In this document: positions 39,101-52,600 of the stretch, piece after piece
How the letters are laid out: each line of letters opens with the position of its first letter
Numbering within the stretch: the first letter of the stretch is position 1
NCBI GenBank assembly: GCA_051294905.1
Contig: CM119372.1
Location: forward strand, 11,224,001-11,288,000
Source: Botryllus schlosseri
Taxonomy: Eukaryota
Reading direction: 5' to 3'
Length of the DNA: 64,000 nucleotides
The notes under the pieces: model-generated
Database searches by the model: none
What the model saw: the letters and a program-made list of their open reading frames with translations, nothing else
Told to the model about the DNA's origin: nothing
Made by a program: the position numbers and the translations under genes

Positions 39101-42100
39101 GGATGCACAGCCGGCCGCTCAGCTAAATCCTTCATTTATGAATTTTCGAGGGAGAAATGACATTCCAATGAAACAAAGTTAGTGAAGCTGTGCAGGCCGT
39201 GGGCGACGCTCGTCATGATCTCCCATCTCGATCTCCTTATGCCGCCTCATAGCCACGGGCAAGAGATGCCTTCACCCCTCCTCCCAACAATTATTTTGGA
39301 CTTTGTGATGTCATGCCTTTTTCCCTGTGTCACAATGGTCCGTGACTTCACGTCATTGTCGAAAACTTTTGCTCCCCCCAAAATTAGGGTACCATATTTT
39401 GGAAATCTGAAAAGAGGACACTTTTTCAAAATTTTCAGACTGGCAAACCGGAGGAAAATCTTGAAAAAAAACGGTGAATTTTTCCCACATTGTGGTCGGT
39501 TGACTAAAAAAAAAGCTCAACTCCCGAAATACAGCTTTTTCTTTCACATTATCTGGTGGTTGACTAAAACTTTCCGACCCAGCTCCCGAAATACCCGGTA
39601 GAGCGTTACTTCAGTGCTGATTTACTGTATCTAAGTGAATTTTGCCATATATGTAACCAAAATTTTCAAAAAAGAGGACATTTGGGCGTCCTCCGAGGAC
39701 ACCTTCAAAAAAGACGACAAATCCTCTTGAAAGAGGACGTATGGTAACCCTACCCAAAATATACTTCAATTAGTCCTTCAACATTTTCATCCTGCCCATG
39801 CTTTTGAACTCGCTGATTGCAAGGTTTCAAATTTCAATTACGGCGGCTCCTGCCTTTTTAACTACACGCGATTCTGTGTTTGCCGTCATTCCCATGTCAC
39901 GTGCGTAATTTCGATTTCTAAAGATTGGGAACTGGTGCTCAAAAAAGACGAATCTCAAGACCGCCAAGTCTGCGAGAGCGAATCCACTGCCAATCGTATC
40001 TCCGACGATCATTCCTCAGACGGCGAGAACAATCTTCCCTCGAATGAAGCGAGCGATCGCTTCTTGGAGGGCGCGAGCAACGGAAATAATCTTGCCGTCG
40101 TAAAACCAATCATGAACGAACCCGCCTCGGAGACGGACGAAGCCATTTCAGACGATGCCGTGCGTAGATCATGCCAATTATCGCGATCGTGTATTATTAT
40201 ATTAATTATTCAGGCAGATGAAATTTCCCTTAAAACTCCTCCGATCACTGCGAGCGTCAGCGAACCCGCTTCTAAAGAGGACCCGGAAATACGGGAGGAC
40301 ATTTCAGAAGAGTCTTCTGTGCGTCGATAATTTCATTCTTTGCACACGCGCCGCCGTCTCTCAATTACGCATTGCATTCAGGACGAGGAAATCGCCGTCA
40401 AAGCTACCGCGCAAACTGCAATCGTAGCACGAGAAAAGCGGAAGAACCTGTGAGTAGAATTTTGATGTAACAGTGGGGGTGGTCGGTAACGAAGTGGCTG
40501 TACTTTTTCGGAGACTCTATACCACTTTACGACACGACTTAACCTACTCGCGTACCAACGATGAATACTTTAACCACTACTGCGTCGCAATGACAGCCAC
40601 TGATGAGGTACTTTCGCGAGTACCAGTGATTTCGGCATGATGAATTCGGCCCCTGACCCTTACCAAACCCATACCCTAACCCTGAACCTTAAGCTGAATA
40701 CTGACAACTGCCGTATTCACCCAATGCCCAATTCACCGAGGGCCGTATGTCACAATTCTCTATTCAGTGAAACATTCACCTTCGAATGTGTTAACACAAC
40801 ATCGACGCGTCGCTTTCATAATAATAATAATTTTTCCAATGCCGAACTCACCGGCGCATCTTTTCGCGCAGGCCCGACTTTGCGGAGATTGCGGAAGGTC
40901 ACGAAGACGTCACAGAAATCCTGACGAATATTGGCGACGGTTTCGACAGCGACGAGTCCCGAGACGAGGACGAAATAGGTAAGGACGCGTACTCATTGAC
41001 GTGATTTCAAAACTCAGTTTACGGGGTTTGTTTTCCAGAAATTGAAGACATCCCGAAGTTGAAAAGGAAGCGCGACGGTTCTTCGCGGGTTCAAGATGCG
41101 TTTTTCCTCGATTCCACAGGTAAAACCGGTTGTCCTGTTGCGTTATTCTTTATTGCAGGGGTTCTTAACTGGTGTTCACACAAACCCCAGGAGCTCCCTG
41201 AGCCAGTCTCGGGGGTTCGCCCTAGCTCAAGACATCCACACGACTCATACAGCTAGGGTCTCGCTAATTCACAGTTTATATCCACTAAAATGTTTTTGTT
41301 TTGTTTGAAAATCGTGTTTTAATGGTTTTATTCTTTTAACACTGTTGTCGACGCACAGGCCATTCTGTCCGCCTGTATTGTATGAGTCAGCGGCGGGCAA
41401 GCTACGGCCCGCAGGCCGCATGCGACCTGTGACGACATTTTGTGCGACCCGCGAAGGCATCAAGAAATGCACTAGAAATGTTGATCAATGTGTAGTCCAA
41501 ATCTTATTACGAGAGGACTTAGTTAAATTTTTTCCCATGATAATTCATCAATCATCATGATATTGATTGAGTTATAATCTTAATATTCCTTTTTTTCATT
41601 TTATTGTTGGCGCAGTAGCCAGATCTCCGATCGGGAACCACGCATTTTGAAATGTTTCGGTTGCTAAACATCCAAGAAACACAAAACGGAAATCTATTGG
41701 TTCGGATAACAATTGTGATTTTGGGTTAGAACTCCGACTTGGGAAATACCATTTTGCGCGTGTGTTAGGTGGATTCGCCCCCATATGCGCAGTTAGGTGC
41801 AAAGTATTCGTAACTTTGCTTCAAATCGTTCATAACGAGTTCTGAGCTGCTCAAATCAATACCAAAAGCGAAAGTGCACTGCAAGATGAATGCTTTGCAA
41901 TCAATATAGAATCAACTGATAGGTTACTATTTCATGGTCGCAGGTAGCACAATATGTATTACTTGTCATAATATGACATTGCAATGAATTCGCTGGCACT
42001 GCAATTTCAAACATCACATGAATCCGAACATCCTAGCAATAGGCGCAATGCATCGAATTATGAGGTGCAAAATAGAAAACCGAATTAATCAAATGTTTGA

Positions 42101-43187
42101 GACACTGTAAATTGAAGGCAAGTTTAACACAGCAAGCCTTTTGCTAAAACGTATTATAAGGTAACATGCTGGTTATGATGGTGTTGTCAGTATTGTGCGT
42201 TCTGAAGCTTAACCCAAACGCAAAATCAGCATATCTATCCTGTCCTAAGAATCTGCACAACTTAATTTCATCCCTCATTTTGACGAATTGATAGAAGATG
42301 GCCAGCTTATATCATCTCGTTAATGTTTCTGTCGCACGTGCGTTACCATCATATCAATGTTTGAATTGTTTTAATCCCTAGCTATGTATTATCTCCGTGT
42401 CTCCGTGGATGCAATGTAATCAAATAAAAGTTGGCTCATAATATTCCGATTATACTATAATGCGGCCCGCAAATGGATTCAGATGTTGAATGCGGCCCGC
42501 GAACTGAAAAATTTGCCCACCCCTGGTATGAGTGATGTATTGGATGTGTAATGTGTTATAATATTTCTGTCTGACATGACGAAAATTTGTGGTACGCCGC
42601 AGACTTGCACATTAGCGTGTGGGTTCCTCATGTTCGTGAAGGTTAAAAACCAGTGCCTTACTGTAAATTTCACGCGCTTCGTAAATCCGCCCGCTGTTGT
42701 ACCGAGGGCTGCAACGTTAAGCGCGATGTTTATCTCGTCTTCAAACAGGGGCCGCCGCGCAGAATCCCGCTTCGAAAACGAAGGAGACATTACGCACTTC
42801 CGACGACGAGGATTTCGCGAGGTCTTGTTTTGTCGAAAGCCTGGCGAGCGTGTCTCATCAGCGCAGCAAGGGTAGCTATTTCCGCGCTTGGTTGGCGGAG
42901 CGCGAAATTACTAAGTATGCCGCGCCGTTAAGATGATGAAATTAATCTCCATTCTAGGTAAAAGCAGGCCGAGTCAGAGGGCTAGAAAAAGGTTCGCCAA
43001 TAAGTCGGAGAGGAACTCGAATCCAGGTCGGGCGCGCGTCGACAAGGAGGCTGTGGTAACGAACGCCAAGTCGAGCGAGGACGCGTCGCTGCACCCCTCC
43101 TGGGAGGCGAGTAGAAAAAGGAAGCAAGAGCAGAGTTCATTGCAGGAGTTCAAGGGGAAGAGAGTGTGTTTTGACGACAGCGATTGA
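36105..43187 (+). CDS. SRFBP1: Serum response factor-binding protein 1 / BUD22-domain protein (~451 aa)
   Basis: Exons 36105-36122, 36186-36274, 36569-36641, 37090-37223, 37280-37371, 39924-40159, 40214-40318, 40382-40449, 40872-40978, 41039-41119, 42749-42871, 42958-43187 (1356 nt, in frame; alternative ATG at 36093). The N-terminus MDLNNE-KILMRKEINRARLRIISKLVRQIKSLNNKKG...KNRRRAERLLKEVDILK and the C-terminal BUD22 motif LHPSWEASRKRKQEQ...FKGKRVCFDD match SRFBP1. Confidence 0.92.
37921..38710. mobile_element. hAT-like MITE (TAGGGCYGGGCA TIR, TCGAGTA repeats) in SRFBP1 intron 5, containing a SINE
   Basis: Perfect TSD tttatctc. Confidence 0.85.
38178..38511 (-). mobile_element. tRNA-derived SINE, same family as 23200-23566
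   Basis: On the - strand: A box TAGCGTAATGG, B box GGTTCGATCCC, same core, and a (CCTTT)n tail. Confidence 0.85.
39385..39752. mobile_element. MITE of the TAGGGT...ACCCTA family
   Basis: Perfect TSD cccaaaat. Confidence 0.82.
41388..42525. mobile_element. hAT MITE (GCGGCCCGC subterminal motifs) nested in an older MITE (~41156-42655) in SRFBP1 intron 10
   Basis: Perfect TSD gtatgagt; the outer element has degenerate TSD ctttattg/ccttactg. Confidence 0.82.
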
Positions 43188-43679
43188 CTTTTAAATGCGT
43201 CGCTCTTTGTGCCATCGTTTGTTATTTTCTGAAAAATCAATCAAGCCACCTACCGAACCACATGTTGAAGTTTGTTTATGTATGGCGGCGGGGTCGTTAG
43301 ATACGGGGTGCGCTTCTGTGCGTTCCAGTAGCGTATCGATTTCGTATGTGATTTTGCGGGACGCAGATGTGCAGTTGTTCGGTGTTTGTTGTGCCAACTT
43401 CGAATTTGGATATTTCAGCGGTGATTCGTGGTGCAGCATTCTACAGGGAATGAGAATGGCAGATGGTCATTAACAAAGTACTAGTTGATAGGTTCTGCTT
43501 ACTTGCACAAAGTACTCAATTAACTATATTTTGGATTAGACTATACTTCCGTTTTTTGTGTAAAACTAGGCCTAGAATACATGGAAAACGCTTATCGTAC
43601 TTAAGTAGACATCGACCAAGCAACTCCTGCTTTGTCCACCTCAGCAGGGATATTAGGTGGAGGCATAGTAAGCGCCATA

Positions 43680-46600
43680 ATGGGATGGAAAACATTTGCT
43701 TATTTCGTGATCATGATGGCTGTGTCTTCTTGCTCTGCGAGGCAGAGATTGTTCAGTAGAAGCCGCCGTTTGGCGCCCAGTACCGGAGGTATAAAGTATG
43801 CTGCAATAGCAGCAGGCGCTAGTAAGTAGAAGATGTTCATTGATAGGCAAATTTATTAGGATCTTTCGATACTGGTAGCGTTTACTTTTTCAATTTGCTG
43901 CAGTTCCGGATCGAGTGAGGGATCGCATCCGCGCCGATAAGCCTCGGACATCATCATCCTCAGCGTTCGCTGGAAATAGTGGTCAATCGAGTTCTAATTC
44001 TGCATCACCTTCTTCGTCCGTATATTCCGGTGCCTCCGGTTCGCCATATGGAAATGCCGAGGCTAACGCGGGATTCTATCAAGGCTCACGACAGCCTGAT
44101 ACTCAGCAGTATGGATACGGATATCCTCAAAATGGATATCAAGGCACGAGCTCAGCTCATGCACAGCAGCAATATGCAGGAGGGCGGCCCGTGCCAGTTG
44201 GAAGAAGTACATTTCCGTATGACACTGCCGGAATTTATACTGGACCAAATCAGAATCAGTATTCTTCGCAACCTTTACCAATTCCTTCCTCGTCATCACC
44301 TTACGGGGCTGGACGTGCTGGTTATCAGAGTCAACAATCCCTTGGGTACCCAATGCATTCGCAACAGCAATACTATCCACAGCAACAGGGAGCAAACTAT
44401 AGAGGCAGTTACAGCTCCATATCTAGCCCATATGGCAGTCCGTACGGTGCTAATCCTTATGTAGCAAATCCATACGGTAATAGGATGCCGACAATGCAAT
44501 ATGGAGGTTACGGACAGCAACCTTCTTACGGAGCAAGTACTGGTGAGTGACAGATTAATGTGCATTGTGCAGTGCAATCATACCGTAGGCCCCGATATGG
44601 GTATTTCGGGAACCAGATGCTAAACTGCCAAAAATAACAGTTGGAATATGAAAGAAATAAGGCTTTTTGAAAAAGTAGATATTTTTAATAAATTTCAATA
44701 AGAATTCGAAGGAGTTTGTATGAAAATAAGCGACAACAGAAATATATAAAGCAAAAATACTCGAACATGGGGTCCGTGAACCGTATGGGGGTCCGCGGAC
44801 TATCATGGCTAGGAGATTGTTTGTATTTTGTAATGTATAATCTACTAACCGATAATGTTTATATTTTGCAAATAAAATTTCATCCGTACAAACTCAACGA
44901 AATTTGTTATCTTGAAATTTCATAGCAGTTCAATAACCGTAAACTGCAGTGGTCTTAAACTCTTTCGAACGCGACCAAAATCTGAGTTTTAATGGCATCT
45001 CGCTACCCAAGCCTGACACATCAAAAATAATACATTTTTAATATTTGTGTGCTACGTTTTTACGCGCAGGCACCAGTTGTACGGAACGAAGCTGACGCAC
45101 GCGATTTCAAACTGAGGTTCATTATTTTTATCTGGGGGTCGCATTTGTATATGTACTACTGCCTACTCAGTTTGTCGCCAGAAGGAACGCCTCTACTGGC
45201 TTTACCTATACACTCTTGGAATATTTCATTAATGTTTGTTTTGTATCGTTACTATACTACCGTATCTTGCCCGTCTACTAGTTGTTTGTTTTGTTAGTAT
45301 TACGTCATACAAACAAAATAGTTCCTACATTTCGAATTTGATTCACGCTATCACTGACGTTCGCTACTGATGAGAGTCAGTCGAAAAGTTTTTAGCGAAT
45401 AAATTAACAATATGAAGTTATTGTTTCGCGTTATTCTGAAGTTCTGGACCTCAAATGGCTTGTTCTACTCAGATTGCAAGGCTGGGACTATTCGTTGTAT
45501 ACCATTTCCACGACCGGATATAATATCGAAGGTTTCGGCCAACCAGCAACGGTCAATTTTGTCGTGTTTTCATGTGTTCTGTTCCGGCGAGGAAGGGGTC
45601 GGCCTGGTATAATATCAGCGTTGGCCTATCATATACCTATGCAGTGCACCCGCTCGTTACACGCCCCTACACACTAAAGCATCCCAACGGTTTCCGACGG
45701 TGTTTTCCGGAGAAAACAATACCGGACAAATCTTATCACGAATTCAAACCAATTTGTGTAATACAAAAGTCGGCACATCATCATGATCAACAGATCAAGC
45801 CATATTATTATATTATTATTGCAGGGGTCGGTAAACTTTCGTAAGCAGCGTGCCAAAATGTCAAAAAAAATGTTAAAAAAAATGTAAAAATATTACCAAC
45901 TGGCGTGTCAAACATTATTAATTTTGTCGTATTTAGCGTTCCAAGCAAGGAATCCCACCAAACGCGTATCTGAAGCTGACAACGGCATCAGTTAGGCTAC
46001 GCCATTGATTCTTACAGGATTGGTCGCGAAGAGAATGATTTTGGTCTCTACCGCACTACACTAATGTACGTAATATTTGTACCATTTAATTTTAGTAGCG
46101 TAATGATCGATCTTCTGCGGTTGATTTGGTCGATGCCAAATCCACTGTGCTGTGTGCTCGGTACCAGCCACTAAGTGACGGGCCCATCACAGATGTTACG
46201 ATGATATAGCCTGATGATGAAAAATGTTTAAATCATGTTTTTTATTGTTTTTTGTTTTTCAAGGTCATGACGTCACACATATTCAATTGTGACGTCACAT
46301 TGGATTGATATTCACAATTGAAAATATAGCTCCTTTGACGAAATAGGCTTCCAACCCCTGTCATATACGGACCAAAAAATCTACGTCATTCCGTATAACT
46401 GATCTATATCTACGACTATTTCGAGGGTTCCGCCCATCCCATATCTCATACGTCGGCTATATTGGGTGGTAATCGTCGTCCGTAGGCTCATACAACATAC
46501 AACATGTTTTTGGAAAGTATTCACACAATTATGACATAATCATACAACTTAAAAACACTTTTTTTAAAAAGGACTTTGTTTAAAACACTGTTTAAAACAG

Positions 46601-49600
46601 GGACGGGCAACATACGGCCTGCGGACAGTTTTCCGTCATACATGATGTGACCCGCAGCCCCAGTCTTCCGAGATTCCCCACTACTTGCTCAGTACGTCAA
46701 ATTTTAGTGACTGTTCTGTTCGTATGCGTGTATCCGCAGAGTGCGAGAGTGGAGCTTACGCCTAAGTTCGTCGAAGCGAGAAGACTTGCATTAATTATCG
46801 GCATTAACGATGTACTCAACCCTAATGTCGTTTGTGGTAATCATGGTGTTTGTCGACTACAATGATCATTTGCCCCAAGCTGATATATCTTATTTCTGAA
46901 TCCGTAACAGCCGACTTGTAGCACGGCACACTTCTAGGCTTTCGTAAGACACCGCTTATGCCAGGAGTCGCCAACTCAAAACGGGTTGACGACGACGACG
47001 CTTATCGAACGCCTTGAAATCTTAATTAAGGATTGCACCGTCTGTTCAACTGTTCATTGATCGGCTGGAAGCAGACATGACGGCGCCTGTATGCCGATGC
47101 TATTCTCAAATCCACGTGGTTTCGTCATTATCGGCGAGAAATGGCTTTGAAATGACATTGCTGTCGTTAAAGTACATTCATACGATTTATTCCTTGTATA
47201 CGTGTTACGTGGATCAATGGGCGAATAATGTATCGATTCAGCAATCCGGCCCGCCAATTACTTAATTTTCCTATATCTGGCCCGCCGACTGGAGAAGTTG
47301 CCCGCCCCTGGTTTAAAACAACAAAACAAATTGAAAACGGTCGTCACTTTCAATCGACTCGCGAATAAACCGCTCGAACTTCCTTTTAAGCCAGAGGACT
47401 CAAACACGCGGCCCGCGAGATCGTTTTGCGTGGCCCGCGTCGTCATTATGGATTTTGAAGTAATCGACAATATTTAACTGCTACATATATATTTTTGTAG
47501 CTTGGAGAACTTACATTCGCTTTGAAACCACTCCGAAATCATGAAACTACTCATCAAATTTGACTAGCACATTCTTTTCTAAAGTTACCATGCGGAGGTG
47601 ATCGGCTTTCACGTCATATATTACCTGTTTATGATGGTAAAACATGATGATTCGTGGTTGAAATTTGTGATTTGGACTTGAGCGCGACCTTTTGTAAAAT
47701 GACTCGAACTCGGAGTGAATGGGTGATAAAATAAAAATGACTCGACTTTAGACAAACTTTACAATCAGAGAATGACTTGTGACTCGGAACGTAGTGATTT
47801 CGTACGACCACAAACGCAACAAACTATCATAATGTTATATGGATTAATAATGTATCAAAAGGTCGTAGCTTGCGATGCGTATGACAATGGCAATCGTTGG
47901 CATTCTGTTGCCCCCTTGACGAATATTAGTTAGTTACATCCTGCGCCATCTTGGGTCTGTTAATCCATGTTATTAGCGTCAATTAAAGATGGCGAGTGCG
48001 GTAGTGGTACGCTTCACCGTTGTAACAATATTGGATTCCTCGGCGATTGGACTGTAGTGTTTTATTACTATGGCACATTAATCATTATATTCAAGTTGTT
48101 ATTGAACTGTCCCGATAGTCAAAGGTAAATCTAACTACGATGCATGCACGTCACGATGCATTTGTACACTAGCAAAGTGTAACAAATTGTTTTGACAAAC
48201 TATGCCACTATGCCAGGGACAACAGAAAATTTGTCCAAATATTTAAAAATGTGATTTTCTTTCGTACCAGGCGTGAATTCACAATAGTAAATCACATTTC
48301 CACGATGCTTGTGAAATGACAGTCTGCAAGGTCCAGTCGAATAAGGCCTGCTTGGAAATACATTAAATACCCCTGTTATTGGTGCTGCGGCCCGCGAAGC
48401 CATAAAATAATAGGAAATTGGCCCGCGAGCATATTAGAGTTTGAGACCACTGGTTCAAGCGTCATTTATGCCCATTTCCAGTCGAATCTGCCCATTATCC
48501 TAGCTGTAAAAGCTGTATAGGAGGACGAATTGCCAAAAATGAGGACATTTAGGCGTCCTCGGAGGACATTTTCAAAAACCTGAAAAAGGAGGACAAATCC
48601 TCCAAAAGAAGAACGTTTGGTAACCCTAAAATTACACGATTCCAACATTTTTAGTTATAATCTGTTGTGTGCGTCAAATCATTTGATGTGCCATGAAAAA
48701 TCATCTCGCGTAACACAAATGGCACGCGTGCCGGCCGCCGGGGTTGTCAGGCTTATTGGCTATAATAGCCTACCCTAGTGAGTAGTGACCTCCGACATGC
48801 AGAAACAATCCACAGGATATCGCGACAAGCGCGACGAAATTTTTTCTTGCACTTAATTTAACAAATATTTGATAGATATTTAAAGACTGCTCAGATGCCG
48901 TCGCGACCAAAAATCATACCTTTCGCGACCCCTGTTTCGGTGGCTACCGCTACCCTCTACCTACAACGAACAAAATGAATTGCAGTAACTGATTGAAAAT
49001 GCGTGTCCGTAATGATGGTATTTACTACTATCTTGAAGCCTCGTGCCATTTGAACCGTTACTACGAAATTATGATGGTTGTTGAAAGAAAGCAGAAAGTC
49101 AACTTTGCGTCATTTACCCGCGTGTCGTAGGCTCATGTGCTGGTTCGGTGTGCGCCTGCTTCTACAAGCCGCTTTCGAACCAGACTTTAGATTACGTAAT
49201 AATTGTGCTCAAATTCACAACGGCTGATGCGAAATACAGTTATTGTAAAAGCCACGATTAGTGGTGCGTTATAAATCAAACAAATTCTTACCAATGCGTC
49301 GCAACGACAATACTTAGGTATCCACTGTACTTGAATTTCCTATTAAGTTTATTTGAATTGCTCCACGTCTGAATAAGCAACAAATATGCACGATTTTCAT
49401 CCGCACCATATTTATCAACCGCACTGCAAGTTTTTTCGTCCGCACCAGTGCGTACCATTCGACAGGCTGAAAAGCACTGGACTAAGGTATTGTCAGCAAT
49501 TAAATGATATCGCATGCACGACGATTTCAAGGTGATCGTATATTATTTTTTCAAGGTCCCCATTCATAACTGTTGTGAGCACTTGTTCGGAAAGCGATGA

Positions 49601-52600
49601 CAGCTCACATTTGTCATGTCCACAGGTTATCAGAACGCGTACGGTGGTGGAACGATTGGCTCTCCGTATCGCAATCCTAATGAAATGTTCACGTCGTACG
49701 TACACCCGCAAGACAGCGGAAGCAGTCGAGGGATGGGTGGGCAAGGAATGTCGAATCCGTACTACGGCTCGAGTACCTACGGTCAAGGATACGCAGGAAC
49801 GTCTGATTCTAGTTCTGGATACTACGGATCAGATTACGGAAGCATGTCGAATTACGGCCAGCCATCAGCCAGTCCGTCGTCAAACTCATTATCGAGTTTT
49901 GGTGGATACGGCCAAGATCAGGGATCGTCCGTTTCCTCATACGGCTACGGTCAAGGCCAGGGACCTTCGGGTTCCTCATATGGATACGGTCAAGGCCAGG
50001 GATCGTCTGGTTCCTCATACGGCTACGGCCAAGACCAGGGATCGTCTGGTTCCCCATACGGTTACAATCAAGGCCAACGGTCATCAGGTTCCTCATACGA
50101 CTATGGTCGAGGCCAGGAAGCGTCTGGTTCCTCGTATGGCTTTGGTCAAGGCCAGGGATCGTCTGGTTCCACATACGGATACGGTAGAGACGACCACCAA
50201 GCACAGGTTGCCGGTTATGGTAACGGGGGGAGTGATTCGTCATATCAGAGTCCGGGAGTTTCAAACAATCCATATTCTAATACCGGGGCTACGACCGGAC
50301 AGGCGGAGCGCTATGGAGGGTCCCGTGCTTCTTCAATGCAAATCTCAGCTTCGCGTAGCCAAGGCTCACATTACCGTGATCAAACTGGATCCAGGCCTAC
50401 CAGCAGTACTCAGTCTCAGGCACGTCCTTCTTCCTCCCGGTTTGTCAGCGCTGATGCGAGCTCACAGCAACATTCAACTACATACGCACGTCATTACGCC
50501 GGTAGTCAAGGCGATTCGTCACGAAGTAGCAGTTCTTCCTTCAATCCCCAACACGAGCAGAGATCCTCGCATCAGTCATCGTCAACGACCGTCTCTCGAA
50601 CGACGGCAATATTTCAAAATCCGAGTGACGAGGTATGTCTTGTGACGTTATAGCATCTTGGCGTGTATGAATTAGGTCGCCTGTTATTCCAACCCGTTTA
50701 CAGAGTGGTAGCCGGACACGGACGCATCAAAGACCGCAAGCAGGTCGGGTTTCGACAGGTAGGCTATAGTTCAAGAGTTTCAATGACAGAGGATGGTCAG
50801 AAACGAAGTACTTACACTTTTTCAGAATAATCAAGTAGTTGTTTTTTGCCTACTTGCACAACTTACTGAAGCGGTTATGTTTGCAGACTACTTCCACTTT
50901 TTCTAGAACCGTTTGAGACAAAACTATATACGTTTTACTATTTGGATTTTAAAGAGTAGAAAGTAACTTTGGATTAAACGAACCGCAAAAAATAGCATCA
51001 TATCATGGTAACTGAATAATTTCTATATATATTTGCGGTGCCATACTGTCATTAGTCATTAAGCGGCAGTCACGAGCATATATTTTTTGAGATCCGATGC
51101 TGCCATCTCCGATTAACTATAAACTACTAACAAAGACCCCTCGGCCTAATTATCTTTTTAACACTACTTGCTTGAGTACTTCCAGATCTAACATTTTCCA
51201 TGTCCACTAGAAGTACTTTTGATATGTTCTGGGAATTTCTACTTCTACTTGTAATTGAGTAGAAATTTACGGCGTTACTTTTACTTGAGTAGCCACGCTG
51301 ACCATTTTGATGACCTTTGGTCGTTGATGATACTACAATACAAGTAGAAGTAATCCTGTAAATCGCTGCTGAGTTACAAGTCGAAGTAGCGTTTTTCAAG
51401 ACGGAGAAATAGAAAACGAAAAGTATGAAAATTCAGTATGTTCAAATTGTAGCTTGAAGAAGTAGTTTGGGACGAGGTGTCGCAGACTTTTGCTTGTCAA
51501 TCGCCGGTATACAAGAAGATTTTTCGCTTCTAACGCAGAGTAACCTGAACAATAGGAAAGATTATATTCTCTCACGTTGATACAGCTAGAGGCTACAGTG
51601 CATCGTCAGGTTGTTACACCAATTTCATGCTTAAAATAGGGTCTTTCCATACACTACTTCAAAGGAAGTTGTTTTGCTTATATAACTGCTATAGAAGTAT
51701 AAACTAAAGCATGTAAAGTAGGAAATCATAAGTCAGTTGAGGGAGTATAGCACAGATAGACACAGCCTATTTCCGTACTCCAAACAAATATAGAACTTCG
51801 TTACTGACCAGTTGACCACCCTAGAAATCACCTGCATCTTATTCAATGACTTTCCCTCGCTCAGGTGATAGCCAGCGAAATTCGTCACGTTTTAATGCGT
51901 TCTCGCGACCAAGCATTCAGGATAACCAGGACGGAACATTTTTAGTGAACAGTCGGGGTGGTTATGGCGGCGGTAAGTCTGATATGTATACTGCCCTATT
52001 ATCTGTTTTGTGGTAGGATACGGGGAGTATAAAACGATGAAGCACAGGAAATATGAATGTTGAGAGATGACCATGGACTATATTCTTGAACAACTCCGTT
52101 TTTGCATTATCCTTTAAATATACCCATTTTGAATATTTGTTTGATTCTACTTTTTGCTTCTCCTTCAACAGATTCCGAAGTCATACTACATATCTACACG
52201 CTTTTTACTATAGCATATGGTCGTTTTGTCAAGTAGTAAATATTTTTGGACAACCGGTACGGTAAGGTATTAAAGGTTTTGAAAGCTTCCTTGCATCAGA
52301 GATTATGTACCACGCGTAATCAAATTCCTTCAAATAATTTTCGTCAGTAATTTTCAGACCTTTACTTCATACATTTATTTAGACAGTTTTGCGGCCGCTT
52401 CAGATTCACAACTCATGCTAGTCACTCACTATAGTTTTACAACATCTGTAATATAGAATGCCAGTAGAAAATTACCTCAACATTAGGCTTATTTCCGTAG
52501 CCTTTGACAAGGCCTTTACCGAAGTTGATATAATTCGTTACAGAGCGTCAAGAAAATAATGACCTTTCACCTGTTGCAAAAGATGCCTTATCAGAGTGCC

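Noticed and set aside
41650..41860. Transposase N-terminal remnants inside MITEs (also ~54350-54480)
   Set aside because: Only a faint resemblance to a BED-finger start; too decayed to call without a search.
49575..50645. 356-aa ORF overlapping LOX exon 3 in another frame, and similar shadow ORFs at 43979-44464 and on the - strand
   Set aside because: Expected from low-complexity coding sequence. Only the SYGQ frame is phase-compatible with the flanking splice sites.
52172..52236. Possible extra LOX exon after the acceptor-like cttcaacag
   Set aside because: It hits a stop in the required phase before a usable donor, and the model is complete without it. An alternative terminal exon cannot be excluded without RNA data.
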